A stretch of DNA of 64,000 nt, taken from a bacterium. GTDB lineage: Bacteria > Patescibacteriota > Minisyncoccia > Phycocordibacterales > UBA2100. The notes beneath the pieces are model-generated. The model was not told the DNA's origin. It saw only the letters and a program-made list of their open reading frames with translations, and made no database searches. Positions 20,215 through 29,006 of this stretch are shown in pieces. Each line of letters begins with the position of its first letter. Within the stretch, counting starts at the first letter, position 1. The stretch covers positions 27,933 through 91,932 of the forward strand of contig JAJXVV010000003.1 in NCBI GenBank assembly GCA_021781955.1, written 5' to 3'. The translations under genes were made by a program, and so were the position numbers.

Positions 20215-21094
20215 TCAGATATCGGTACTTCTCAGCACGCTTGCTGAGGGACACACCATCACAGCCGCCTGCAAGCGAGCGGGTGTGTCCCGCATGTTCT
20301 ACGACCGCCACTACAAGAGCGACCTCGCGTTCAAGAAGCAGGTCGATGAAGTACGGAGAACCGGGCTTGAGACGAACAACGATCGCGTCGTCTCAGCCCA
20401 CATGAAGAAAATCAGTGACGGCGGCTGGCCTGCAATCAAGTACTACCTCGAACACAACGTCACTCCCTACAAGAAAATGGCCGACCGGCCCGAGCCCGTT
20501 CCTATGCACCCCGTACCGGAGACCCTCTCCGATGCCGAGGCATATGAGCAGTTCGTCCTTTGGAGCGCTCTCTCGCCCGAGGAGCGTTCCTGGCGTGGGA
20601 TTGAGACACGTGAGCAGTTCTGCAAAACCTACGGCGTTCCGAGCATCCGATTGCTTGATATCTGGGCACAGCGTCCAGACTTCGAACAACGCGTTGCCAC
20701 GCTCCGGGAAGACTGGATCATCCTCAAGACCGGTGAACTACTGGGCGACATCTATGGCGCTGCCCGAGGCGGTGATTTCAAGAGTCGGCGGCTCTGGCTG
20801 GAGTATGCCCGGCACATCAAGGAAAAGCGTGATGCTGCGGGACCGAAGCCGAATCTGATTTCGCCGGAGGACGTGCGCTACATAATCGGCATGTTGCCAG
20901 AAGCGCTACAGAATCTTAACTACATGCGCCTGGACAGCATCAGGGGTGACGTTGCCAGATACGAAAGAGAGCGGGAGCGTAAAGAGCATGAGCGGGCGGA
21001 GATTGAAGATCGAGCGAAGAAGGACGCTCTGATGGAGCACTACAGAAAGCCGGATGGAGAAATCGACTGGGGCGCGTATTCGGAGTCGTTGTAA
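20201..21094 (+). CDS. HTH DNA-binding protein (phage terminase small-subunit-like), hypothetical
   Basis: N-terminal HTH (TITAACKRAGVSRMFYDRHY). Translationally coupled to the MTase gene (14-nt overlap). The function call is weak. Confidence 0.4.
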   Translation: MHKRDQISVLLSTLAEGHTITAACKRAGVSRMFYDRHYKSDLAFKKQVDEVRRTGLETNNDRVVSAHMKKISDGGWPAIKYYLEHNVTPYKKMADRPEPVPMHPVPETLSDAEAYEQFVLWSALSPEERSWRGIETREQFCKTYGVPSIRLLDIWAQRPDFEQRVATLREDWIILKTGELLGDIYGAARGGDFKSRRLWLEYARHIKEKRDAAGPKPNLISPEDVRYIIGMLPEALQNLNYMRLDSIRGDVARYERERERKEHERAEIEDRAKKDALMEHYRKPDGEIDWGAYSESL

Positions 21095-21099
21095 CTTCT

Positions 21100-21309
21100 C
21101 TAGGGCCTCTTGCGAGGCAAAAAGAGCCGGAGCTGATGAGGAGGAGGAGGTGGTACCTCCTTGCGGTTTTCGACATGCCACAGAAGCTGGAGCAGCTTGA
21201 TGAGATGACCCCAGATCGCGTACGCCTCGCCGAGCGAGATATCGCGACCGGTCGCTTCCTTGATGATTCGGCGAAGCTCCTGGGCACTCTGGGGCGTAAG
21301 AATGGCCAT
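21100..21309 (-). CDS. small hypothetical protein (69 aa) with polyproline tail
   Basis: ATG-initiated ORF downstream of and co-oriented with the SHOCT gene, GC-rich third codon positions. An overlapping plus-strand ORF (21136-21327) is equally possible. Confidence 0.2.
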   Translation of the reverse strand: MAILTPQSAQELRRIIKEATGRDISLGEAYAIWGHLIKLLQLLWHVENRKEVPPPPPHQLRLFLPRKRP

Positions 21310-21353
21310 GGGGCCATTCCAGCTTAGATTCAGGCGTTTGCGAAGCGAGCTGT

Positions 21354-21815
21354 CTACAGCCCAAGTAGCTGTTTCTTCTTGGCCGAAAACTCCTCGTCGG
21401 TAAGGACGCCTTTGTCTTTGAGTGCAGCAAGTCTCTCCAGATCGTCGACACCACTCGCATGACCAGCAAATCGGCCGAACCGCGCGTCATTAATAGCTTG
21501 CTCCCATGAGAGGAAATGGCTCGGAGAGGCGGCGGCAAAAATGAGTTGCCGGCGATCGTGGTGCACGAACTTTGCACGGCGTTCGGTGTTACCGTCTTTG
21601 TAGACGATGAAAAGATTGTCTTTAAAGTCCATCTTTTCCGTATTGACGCTCACGATGTTCAAGAGCGGCACGCGCAACAGTTCCTGGTTACGTTTCTTCG
21701 AAAGGAAATATACGTCACTCCTTGTAAGGACCAGTGAGCCTCTATGTGCCTTATGCCAAAAGCCATTGTGCTGTATAAGGTTGTCCTCTTTCTTCAAAAC
21801 TTGCTCTTCCGCCAT
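21354..21815 (-). CDS. PH-like (bPH/GRAM-like) domain protein with C-terminal SHOCT domain
   Basis: The C-terminus DDLERLAALKDKGVLTDEEFSAKKKQLLG matches the SHOCT short C-terminal oligomerisation motif. Confidence 0.5.
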   Translation of the reverse strand: MAEEQVLKKEDNLIQHNGFWHKAHRGSLVLTRSDVYFLSKKRNQELLRVPLLNIVSVNTEKMDFKDNLFIVYKDGNTERRAKFVHHDRRQLIFAAASPSHFLSWEQAINDARFGRFAGHASGVDDLERLAALKDKGVLTDEEFSAKKKQLLGL

Positions 21816-21973
21816 ATCGTTATGGTTAGGTTAAATAAAGCCGACCTTGTGTTCCTAGCTTAGTTTCAAGACCTTGCGAAGCGGGTTACCAACTCTTGCC
21901 TTTGAAGGGTATTCGTAGCCTACCATAATATCTAAAGTTTGGATATTCAGTTCTTGGATAGACGCTTATTGGT

Positions 21974-22192
21974 ATGGGAAAGAGCATCCATACCAAGGAG
22001 TACAAGGTTTTTGTAGAGCGCCTGAAGAAGGCCCGGATTGAGGCTGGCCTGACTCAAGTGCAAGCAGCAAAGAAACTAGGCCGCCCGCAGTCGCACATTT
22101 CGAATGTTGAGACTGGCCAGCAGCGCGTGGATATAGTGGAGCTTAAGCGGTTTGCGAAGCTCTACGGGAAGAGTATCGAGTACTTCCTCTAA
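21974..22192 (+). CDS. XRE-family HTH transcriptional regulator (Cro/CI-like)
   Basis: 72 aa. HTH LTQVQAAKKLGRPQSHISNVETGQ. Confidence 0.7.
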   Translation: MGKSIHTKEYKVFVERLKKARIEAGLTQVQAAKKLGRPQSHISNVETGQQRVDIVELKRFAKLYGKSIEYFL

Positions 22193-22968
22193 AAACTTTC
22201 GGAATCAACGGCGAGCCCGATCTGCCTTCCAATTGGCTTTATTAGCTTCTCTTCCAAGAGAGGAAAGTAGCTTGGCATAAATCGAAAAAGGCCAACCTTA
22301 GGGTATCGAGCTTCAATCGTGCTCGAAAAGAAAGAGGCGGAGAGATCGTCGATAATGTATTCAAGATCCGGATCTAGCAGCACCTTCTCGACATCGAGTC
22401 TGCGGCAATGGTCGTAGAATTTTTTGTACTCGTGTCGGTATCTCTTCACTGTCTCAATAACCTTTAGCGGATCTTCCAGCTCTTTGAATAGGATGAACGA
22501 CGTAAGCAGCGATTCTATTCCCTGGGTTAAGAGAATTTCATACCGCCCGCTGTCTTCCTTCTTATGATACAGAAATTTCGCGGAATCGATACAGTCTCTT
22601 CCGGTCGTATAAAAAGAAACGACGAGATCATCACGCCTATTTTGCGTAAGGACTGTCTCGAGGAATTCATCGATTCCAATGTCAGCTTCTCCCTTTCGTC
22701 GACGAGGATAGAACGTCGAGAGTTGGTCATCGCGATACACCAAAAGATGTGGGTAAAGAATGCCGCTCCCTGTCTGCCGTATCTGAATCTTAGCCAGTAT
22801 CGATTCTTTTAAGAGCTCATCTTTTATCTTTTGCGCATGATCAGATTCGGATATGATCTCAGTCTCAGTTCTAATGGGTAAACTACTCTTTTCAATGTCA
22901 TCTAAGAGAGCCAGCGTCTTGGATACGTCGTCGTGGGGGTTATAAATCAAGCGGAATACTATTCTCAT
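22189..22968 (-). CDS. hypothetical protein, compositionally foreign (AT-rich)
   Basis: 259-aa ORF spanning a marked local GC drop (visibly A/T-rich codons against an otherwise ~60% GC background). No motif recognised. Convergent with and overlapping the XRE gene by 4 nt. Confidence 0.5.
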   Translation of the reverse strand: MRIVFRLIYNPHDDVSKTLALLDDIEKSSLPIRTETEIISESDHAQKIKDELLKESILAKIQIRQTGSGILYPHLLVYRDDQLSTFYPRRRKGEADIGIDEFLETVLTQNRRDDLVVSFYTTGRDCIDSAKFLYHKKEDSGRYEILLTQGIESLLTSFILFKELEDPLKVIETVKRYRHEYKKFYDHCRRLDVEKVLLDPDLEYIIDDLSASFFSSTIEARYPKVGLFRFMPSYFPLLEEKLIKPIGRQIGLAVDSESF

Positions 22969-23043
22969 ATAAGAATATTCTTCAATTTCTAATCCAGAAT
23001 ATCCACTCCCTTCTCGTAAAGATTACAGGTCGGCGGAGTAATC

Positions 23044-23829
23044 TCACACCACATGCGAGCGATCCACATCTATTCGAGTCGCTGCAAGGTACCAGATAAA
23101 CCCAACGAGCAGCACGGTGAGGACCAGACTGACTGTGCCATCGCCGAATCCAAGACCGCTGACGCTCGGTGCCTTGCCGAACCAGTCTGCAAACGAAGCA
23201 CCTAATGGGCGTGTGAGAATGTACGCGAGCCAGAATGCGAGCACAGCGTTGCGAGTCAGGTGCTCGTGGTGCTCGGAGAGCCAGCCCTTTGCGGCATAGT
23301 GGAAGATAGCGATGAGCGCGATAAGCCCGGCAAAAAGTAATCCTGCAGAGAGAAAGCCGAGGTTGAGGGTGAACGCCATCATGTCGCCCCATGCGGTGCC
23401 GAGCGCGAAGGTCGCGCACACGGTGAGCCAGTAGAATATTTCCCTTCGCCGCGTCGTAATGCTGTGAATGGATAGCGTCTTTTCAACCGCGTACCAGAGG
23501 ATAAAAATAACGACGAGCGACACGGCGAAGAATATGGTCGTGTAGAGGTACGGAATACCGATGACGATATGGAGGACATCTGCCCCCATCGTGCCGAATA
23601 CGGCAACCATGGTGACCGCGAGCCAGTACACCCACGCGTTGTATCGTGGCCACCAGAATTGGAGTGTGAGCGCAGCCGCGAATGCAAGCGCACCGATACC
23701 GACTGCGACGTACGGGTTGATGGAGTACACGAGGTAGTCGGACGCACTCTCACCGAGCGCGGTGGTAAGGAGTTTGACGATCCAGAAAAACGCCGTGATC
23801 TGGGGAACTTTTCGCAAACCCTGCCGCAT
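23044..23829 (-). CDS. polytopic membrane protein, paralog 1 (uncharacterised family)
   Basis: Shares FWI(V/I)K(L/I)L, AFWLAYI(L/M)TRPLGAS and other blocks with the upstream gene. Start at MRQGLRK is 1 nt after the upstream stop. Confidence 0.6.
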   Translation of the reverse strand: MRQGLRKVPQITAFFWIVKLLTTALGESASDYLVYSINPYVAVGIGALAFAAALTLQFWWPRYNAWVYWLAVTMVAVFGTMGADVLHIVIGIPYLYTTIFFAVSLVVIFILWYAVEKTLSIHSITTRRREIFYWLTVCATFALGTAWGDMMAFTLNLGFLSAGLLFAGLIALIAIFHYAAKGWLSEHHEHLTRNAVLAFWLAYILTRPLGASFADWFGKAPSVSGLGFGDGTVSLVLTVLLVGFIWYLAATRIDVDRSHVV

Positions 23830-23830
23830 A

Positions 23831-24685
23831 TCACTCTGGCATCGGAACGTGCTCCCTGCGCTGTTCCTCAATATCATCTTTGACGGTCTCAGCCGTGATC
23901 ACGTCACGCTTCGTCAGCGTCAGGAAGATGACGAGTGCGAGAATGGCGCCGAGGAAAATAAAACTCGTCATCGTCGTGCCAAGACCTAAGCCACCATCAC
24001 TTTGTGCTTGAGATAGATAATCGCCAATCGAGGCTCCGAGAGGGCGCGTCATGATGTACGCGAGCCAGAACGCAAGAACCGCATTCGAGGACACGTGCCG
24101 ATGCTCAATGCCCAGGACTGCTTTGAAGATGTAATGGGCCGCAGTAATAGCAGCGATAACGCCAGCAAAGATGAGGAGCGCCGTAAGGTACCCTAGGTTG
24201 AATTTCTCAGCTACCAGGTCGCCCGCCGCAGTGCCGAGCGCAAAAGTAAAGAGAATCGTGAGCCAGTAAAACGCCTCGCGACGCTTCGAGAAAATTGTGT
24301 GGATAGAGAGCGTCTTCTCGAACGCGAACCAGACCGCGAACGTGATCGCGAGGAGAATCGCGAACACCGTGGTGGTGGTCGTGAGCGACACGCCGAGATT
24401 GTCGGTGAGGTTGTCTGTGATGAGCGTGCCGACAACGCTGATAAATACGACGGCAAGCCAGTAGATTGAGGGAACGTACCTTTTCGCTCGGAACTGGAAG
24501 AAGAGAATGACGATGAGGATGGCCCCCATTACCAAGCTCGTGCCGTTGAGCCCAAAGCCAAGCGTCGTATTCAAATAATCGGCCGCGGTCTCGCCCACGG
24601 TCGTGCAAAGAATTTTTATGATCCAAAAGTACAGCGTTACTTCCGGAACCTTATTGAGCATTTGTTGCCATTTTGACGGCCCCAT
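23831..24685 (-). CDS. polytopic membrane protein, paralog 2 (uncharacterised family)
   Basis: Tandem duplicate of the downstream gene. The start is uncertain (Met at 24685 or 24661). An AT-rich promoter-like region lies upstream at 24700-24780. Confidence 0.55.
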   Translation of the reverse strand: MGPSKWQQMLNKVPEVTLYFWIIKILCTTVGETAADYLNTTLGFGLNGTSLVMGAILIVILFFQFRAKRYVPSIYWLAVVFISVVGTLITDNLTDNLGVSLTTTTTVFAILLAITFAVWFAFEKTLSIHTIFSKRREAFYWLTILFTFALGTAAGDLVAEKFNLGYLTALLIFAGVIAAITAAHYIFKAVLGIEHRHVSSNAVLAFWLAYIMTRPLGASIGDYLSQAQSDGGLGLGTTMTSFIFLGAILALVIFLTLTKRDVITAETVKDDIEEQRREHVPMPE

Positions 24686-24904
24686 GGCGCTCGGCTGTTT
24701 AGGATTCGCACTCGTTACTGCTGGCATATGGTTAGGGATAGTAATGCATTTTAGGAATAATTGTAAGGCGGTGCACCGAGGGGTCAGTCGATGCACCGCT
24801 TTACGCACTCGCCGCAAATATCTCAAGCGGCTAAGCAAAGAGGACGGAAGTCCTCACTGGTAAGAATCTCTCATGGACTGTAAAGATTTTGTAAAGCGCG
24901 TCCA

Positions 24905-24955
24905 GAAAGAACAAGGGCCGGTTCCGTTGCGGACCGGCCCTTGTTCTGTTTCTCT
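24905..24955 (-). terminator. Rho-independent terminator (bidirectional hairpin)
   Basis: A GC stem aagggccggttccg / cggaccggccctt is flanked by an A-run on one side and gttctgtttctctc on the other. Lies downstream of the secreted-protein gene ending at 24968. Confidence 0.5.
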
Positions 24956-24967
24956 CTCACTGTCGCC

Positions 24968-25606
24968 TTACTGCCCCACGACTTCCGCGCCGCCAGGGGC
25001 TTTCGTCACCTGCGCGGTCGCGACGGCGTAGCCGGGCGCGCTCACTTCTATAGAGAACTTCAGCTGATCGAGCGCCGTCCCGTAAATGCCATGCATGTTC
25101 GCCGGAAAATGCCCATAGCCGGATTGATTGTCGAAGTGCACCGTAACGCTGCCGTGCGCCGGGATCGTTATCCCCGTGAGAGGCTTGTAGTACCCCTCTT
25201 TCTTGCCGTTCGCCGAGTCGGTAATGGTGTAGTACGCCTCAAGATTCGAGAGCGTTTGATTGGTCAGATTGTTGATGACGAACTGCAAGTGGTCGCTGAC
25301 GGCATTGCCTGCCGCATCGACGTTATTCTCAACCATGACCGAAGTGAGTTTGATTCCTGACTTGGTCGAGGTGTTCTTGATTGGGTTCGGATACAGCCCC
25401 GGTACCACGTCCTCCGGATTTGCTCCCGCCGTTTGGCTTGTCGTTGACGCACCAGAGGTGGCAGACGGCTGCGTGTACGACGAAGGCGTATTCGGTGCAT
25501 TCGTCGCGACTGTTTGCGTCGCTGAACCGCCCGGATGCAATGCGAATATCACTATTGCTGCCACCGCGATGACGACGCCTCCGATTATGTATGCTGTTTT
25601 GTTCAT
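24968..25606 (-). CDS. secreted Ser/Thr-rich hypothetical protein
   Basis: Signal peptide/anchor MNKTAYIIGGVVIAVAAIVIFA, low-complexity linker, C-terminal globular domain. Last gene of the ABC-2 operon. Confidence 0.5.
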   Translation of the reverse strand: MNKTAYIIGGVVIAVAAIVIFALHPGGSATQTVATNAPNTPSSYTQPSATSGASTTSQTAGANPEDVVPGLYPNPIKNTSTKSGIKLTSVMVENNVDAAGNAVSDHLQFVINNLTNQTLSNLEAYYTITDSANGKKEGYYKPLTGITIPAHGSVTVHFDNQSGYGHFPANMHGIYGTALDQLKFSIEVSAPGYAVATAQVTKAPGGAEVVGQ

Positions 25607-25657
25607 AGTAAGGGTGTTAATGGTTGGTAATGTCTGCTAATAATCGCTGCGACCGCA

Positions 25658-26635
25658 TCATGGCGATGAAGCCATGATGCGTTTGTTGCTTGCGAACAGA
25701 AACGCCGCGCCGACTCCCACGACGTAAAGGGCCATCAAGAGCGCGAGGTCCGGCCACTTGTCGCCCATGATGTAGCTGAGCGACTTGTCGTTGTACATGC
25801 CCTTGATGCCGAGCGTAGCGAACACGAGCCGCTCGTAGTGCTTTTCAATCGAGCTGACCTCCAGGGCATTGCGGAAATTCTCATAGTTCTGGAATTGCGC
25901 GATGATGACACTTTGCTGATCCTGCGTGGTGTGCATGCTGGCGAAGAACCCACCGGGGACCTGGTTGTCGGGATCCATCGTGTCGCCGATCTGCGGAATG
26001 ATGAGCACGAACACGAGCCAGAGCGCGAAGGAAAGCAGCAGCGCGCGCGGCAGATCCTTGAAAAAGAGCGTGAGCGCCGCGGAGAAGCAGAAGAAAAATA
26101 GCAGGTAGAAATACGTGTAGGCGAATGACAAGGTCAGCTTAAGCATCTCCACAGTGGAAAATGCCACGTGGCCGATGGCCGTTATCGACAGCGCGATGAA
26201 ACCTTCAAGGAGCGCGAGCAGCGTGAGAATGAGCAGACTGGTGCCAAGTATCTTTCCGCCCACCAGCGCGGTGCGGGAAACCGGCCTCGTGAGGAGCAGC
26301 CGAGAGGTGTTGGTCCCTTTCTCTTTGGCAACGGCGAGATATCCGAGTACTATTGCGAGGACAGCGCCGATGATTTCTAGGTATTCAATTGTTCCGCGCA
26401 GCATCAGCAGCGGATAGTATGAGGGCGGCGGAATGACTGCACCGGCACGCTGCGCGGCCGTGAGCTGAGACAGTGCGGCATTGTACTGCGCCACTTCCGC
26501 CTGGAAGTTGAATGACGCGACGAGGATCGACACGGTGGTAAGCAATACCATGAAGCCCGCCAGCGTGATGAACAAGGCGCTCCGCGCAGAATCCCGGTAC
26601 TCTTTCTTGGCGATGGTGAGCGTTGGAGAAGTCAT
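25658..26635 (-). CDS. ABC-2 type transporter permease
   Basis: 6-TM ABC-2 permease topology. Start set at MTSPTLT so that it abuts the upstream stop. Confidence 0.6.
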   Translation of the reverse strand: MTSPTLTIAKKEYRDSARSALFITLAGFMVLLTTVSILVASFNFQAEVAQYNAALSQLTAAQRAGAVIPPPSYYPLLMLRGTIEYLEIIGAVLAIVLGYLAVAKEKGTNTSRLLLTRPVSRTALVGGKILGTSLLILTLLALLEGFIALSITAIGHVAFSTVEMLKLTLSFAYTYFYLLFFFCFSAALTLFFKDLPRALLLSFALWLVFVLIIPQIGDTMDPDNQVPGGFFASMHTTQDQQSVIIAQFQNYENFRNALEVSSIEKHYERLVFATLGIKGMYNDKSLSYIMGDKWPDLALLMALYVVGVGAAFLFASNKRIMASSP

Positions 26636-26636
26636 A

Positions 26637-27578
26637 TCATGCGATTTGATCGGCCGTTGTTGAATACTTCTGGAGCGCAAATACGCACGCTGCTCCGGCA
26701 ACTACGCCCGCAGCGGCCAGCGCGAGAATCGCACCGATATCGAACGGGCCCGGACTTATGCGCAAGAAATGCAGCGCTAGAGCCGTATAGTCTTGTCCGA
26801 AAGAGAACGGGCTCAGTATTGCGCGAGCGGACGAGAAAAATGCGCCCGACGCCGCCGGAGCGTGCGCGAGCGTGACCGGATTGAGGAGCGAAACCGGGTT
26901 CTGCCCCGTCGATAGTTCGGGCAGGATGAATACGACGGCAATCCACACGAGAACAGGCGCGAGAAGCGCGAGGGACTCGTTCGACATGTACACGCCGAAG
27001 AGGAGGCCGATCGCAGCAAAGAACGTGAGGTACACGAAAGACACCGCATAGAAAGCGGCCAACGAGAGGAACTCTCCTCCGGAGAGGTGCAGTGCGGGGA
27101 TGAAGAGAGTGCTGAGCGCGCTTACGACGAACATGCCGAGTATAACGAGGAGCAACGCCACGTTGATGCCGCAGAGTTTGCCCGCGATATAGAGCGGTCG
27201 CCCGGCGGGGCGCGACAGCAGGAGCGGGACGACTCCCGATTTGCGGTCGCGCACGAATGAGCGGTGGCCGATAACGATGGCGAGCAATGCGCCAACCAAG
27301 AGCGTGTAGATGATCAGATTGTTGAATATCGCGAGAGTTGAGACGCCGAGAAGCGGGTTCGGAGCGATGTGCGAAACGCCCGCCGCTTTCAGGGTGGCAA
27401 CCGTGGCCGCGTATATTGCGAGCGTCGTCGAGCGCGTCGACCATCCGATAAATACTGCAAAGAGCGTCACGGCTGAGAAAATGCCGAGCAGCGTCGAAAA
27501 GGTCCCTTCCCGCCTCAGAGTGCGCAGTTCGTGGGCGACGATCGTTCGCAACGGACTTGCTACGCGAGAGGAATTCAT
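26637..27578 (-). CDS. ABC-2 type transporter permease
   Basis: 6-TM ABC-2 permease. 4-nt overlap with the upstream ATPase gene. Confidence 0.6.
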   Translation of the reverse strand: MNSSRVASPLRTIVAHELRTLRREGTFSTLLGIFSAVTLFAVFIGWSTRSTTLAIYAATVATLKAAGVSHIAPNPLLGVSTLAIFNNLIIYTLLVGALLAIVIGHRSFVRDRKSGVVPLLLSRPAGRPLYIAGKLCGINVALLLVILGMFVVSALSTLFIPALHLSGGEFLSLAAFYAVSFVYLTFFAAIGLLFGVYMSNESLALLAPVLVWIAVVFILPELSTGQNPVSLLNPVTLAHAPAASGAFFSSARAILSPFSFGQDYTALALHFLRISPGPFDIGAILALAAAGVVAGAACVFALQKYSTTADQIA

Positions 27579-28345
27579 GACACTTCTGTAGTTTCCATTC
27601 TGACGTAAATCTCCTCGAGCGAGGCCTCGTCGGGGAATTTCTTCTGCGTGCGCTCCATGGTGTCCGAGTAAATGAGCTTGCCCATGCTGAGAACGCCGAT
27701 CGACGTGCAGGTCTTTCCGACCTCTGAAAGAAGGTGTGTGTTCATAAAAATAGTCATGCCGCGCTCCCGGTTGAGGCGCAGAATGATATCGCGCAGGTTT
27801 TTGATGCCCATTGGATCCAGACCGGACGTCGGCTCGTCGAGGAAGAGCACGGCGGGGTTGTGAAGGATCGCCTGCGCGATGCCGATGCGCTGCCGCATAC
27901 CCTTCGAGAACGTTTTCAGCCGTTTGTGCTCGACTCCCCGGAAGTCGAGGAATGCGAGCGTCTCGTCGATTTTGGCGTCGACCTCCTCGACGCCGGAAAG
28001 GCGCGCAAAATACGCCAGGTTCTCATATGCGGTGAGATCGTTGTAGAACGTGACATTCTCCGGCAGATATCCGATGCGTTTGCGTACATCGATACTCTGC
28101 GAGAGTGTGTTGAATCCGGCAATCTTAACCTCACCCGCGGTCTGTCGCAGGAGCGTCGTCAAGATGCTCATGGTGGTCGTCTTGCCTGCGCCGTTGTGCC
28201 CAAGGAAGCCGAAAATCTCCCCTGCGGGAATGGATAAATTGAGGTCGTGCAATACCGTATGCCCGTTGTACGCGTGCGTTACGCCGCGAACTTCAATGGC
28301 GGGAGATTCGCCATGGCGCTGTTTTGATTCCATGGCTAATACCAT
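27575..28345 (-). CDS. ABC transporter ATP-binding protein
   Basis: Walker A GHNGAGKTT, signature SKGMRQRIGIAQAI, Walker B LFLDEPTSGLD. Confidence 0.8.
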   Translation of the reverse strand: MVLAMESKQRHGESPAIEVRGVTHAYNGHTVLHDLNLSIPAGEIFGFLGHNGAGKTTTMSILTTLLRQTAGEVKIAGFNTLSQSIDVRKRIGYLPENVTFYNDLTAYENLAYFARLSGVEEVDAKIDETLAFLDFRGVEHKRLKTFSKGMRQRIGIAQAILHNPAVLFLDEPTSGLDPMGIKNLRDIILRLNRERGMTIFMNTHLLSEVGKTCTSIGVLSMGKLIYSDTMERTQKKFPDEASLEEIYVRMETTEVS

Positions 28346-28395
28346 GGAATATGGCGTGTAAAAAGTCTGTAAAGGAGATCGAGGGCCTGCGCAGC

Positions 28396-28983
28396 CTATT
28401 TCCGAGCCCTTCGATACAGGTAGTAGCCGACCAGCAAGACTCCGCAGACGGCGATGCCGTATTCAAGTGGTGCGACGTAATCACCGATATCGTTCCACTG
28501 ATTGCCGAGCAAATAGCCGATCCATGCGAGCAAACCGGACCATAGCAGAGAGCCGGCGAATGTGTATAACGAGAACCTCCATACATTCATCTCGAACATG
28601 CCGGCCGGGAGCGAGATGTATGTGCGGACGGCCGGCAAAAGGCGCGACAGAAATACGGCCGCACTCCCGTATTTGGAAAACCACGAGGCACCCCGGTGAT
28701 AATCCTCTTCTTTCAGCAATACGTATTTCCCATAGCGGCGTATCCAGCCGATGAGCACGCTCTCCTCGAGCAAATACCCGATGTAGTACCCGACGAGCGA
28801 ACCAGCGAGATTTCCTAGAGCACCGGCGAGCATGACGAACCAGAGATTAAGGGATCCTTGGCTCGCAAGATAACCCGCGAACGGCATGGTCACCTCGGAC
28901 GGAATGGGAACGAAGACGCTCTCAAGCGTCATGAGTGCGAAGAGCGCGAAATAGCCGAACGACTGGATAATACCTGTCACCAT
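28396..28983 (-). CDS. DedA/SNARE-associated family membrane protein
   Basis: Characteristic FVPIPSE...G segment and 4-5 TM helices. Confidence 0.7.
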   Translation of the reverse strand: MVTGIIQSFGYFALFALMTLESVFVPIPSEVTMPFAGYLASQGSLNLWFVMLAGALGNLAGSLVGYYIGYLLEESVLIGWIRRYGKYVLLKEEDYHRGASWFSKYGSAAVFLSRLLPAVRTYISLPAGMFEMNVWRFSLYTFAGSLLWSGLLAWIGYLLGNQWNDIGDYVAPLEYGIAVCGVLLVGYYLYRRARK

Positions 28984-29006
28984 AGCGAAGAATCAAATGC
29001 GTCCCG

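Noticed and set aside
21136-21327. 63-aa plus-strand ORF MRRRRWYLLAVFDMP... overlapping the 69-aa minus-strand ORF
   Set aside because: The two small ORFs overlap completely. Neither has a motif or a strong RBS, and coding-strand evidence is ambiguous. Only the minus-strand one, co-oriented with its neighbour, is listed, at low confidence.
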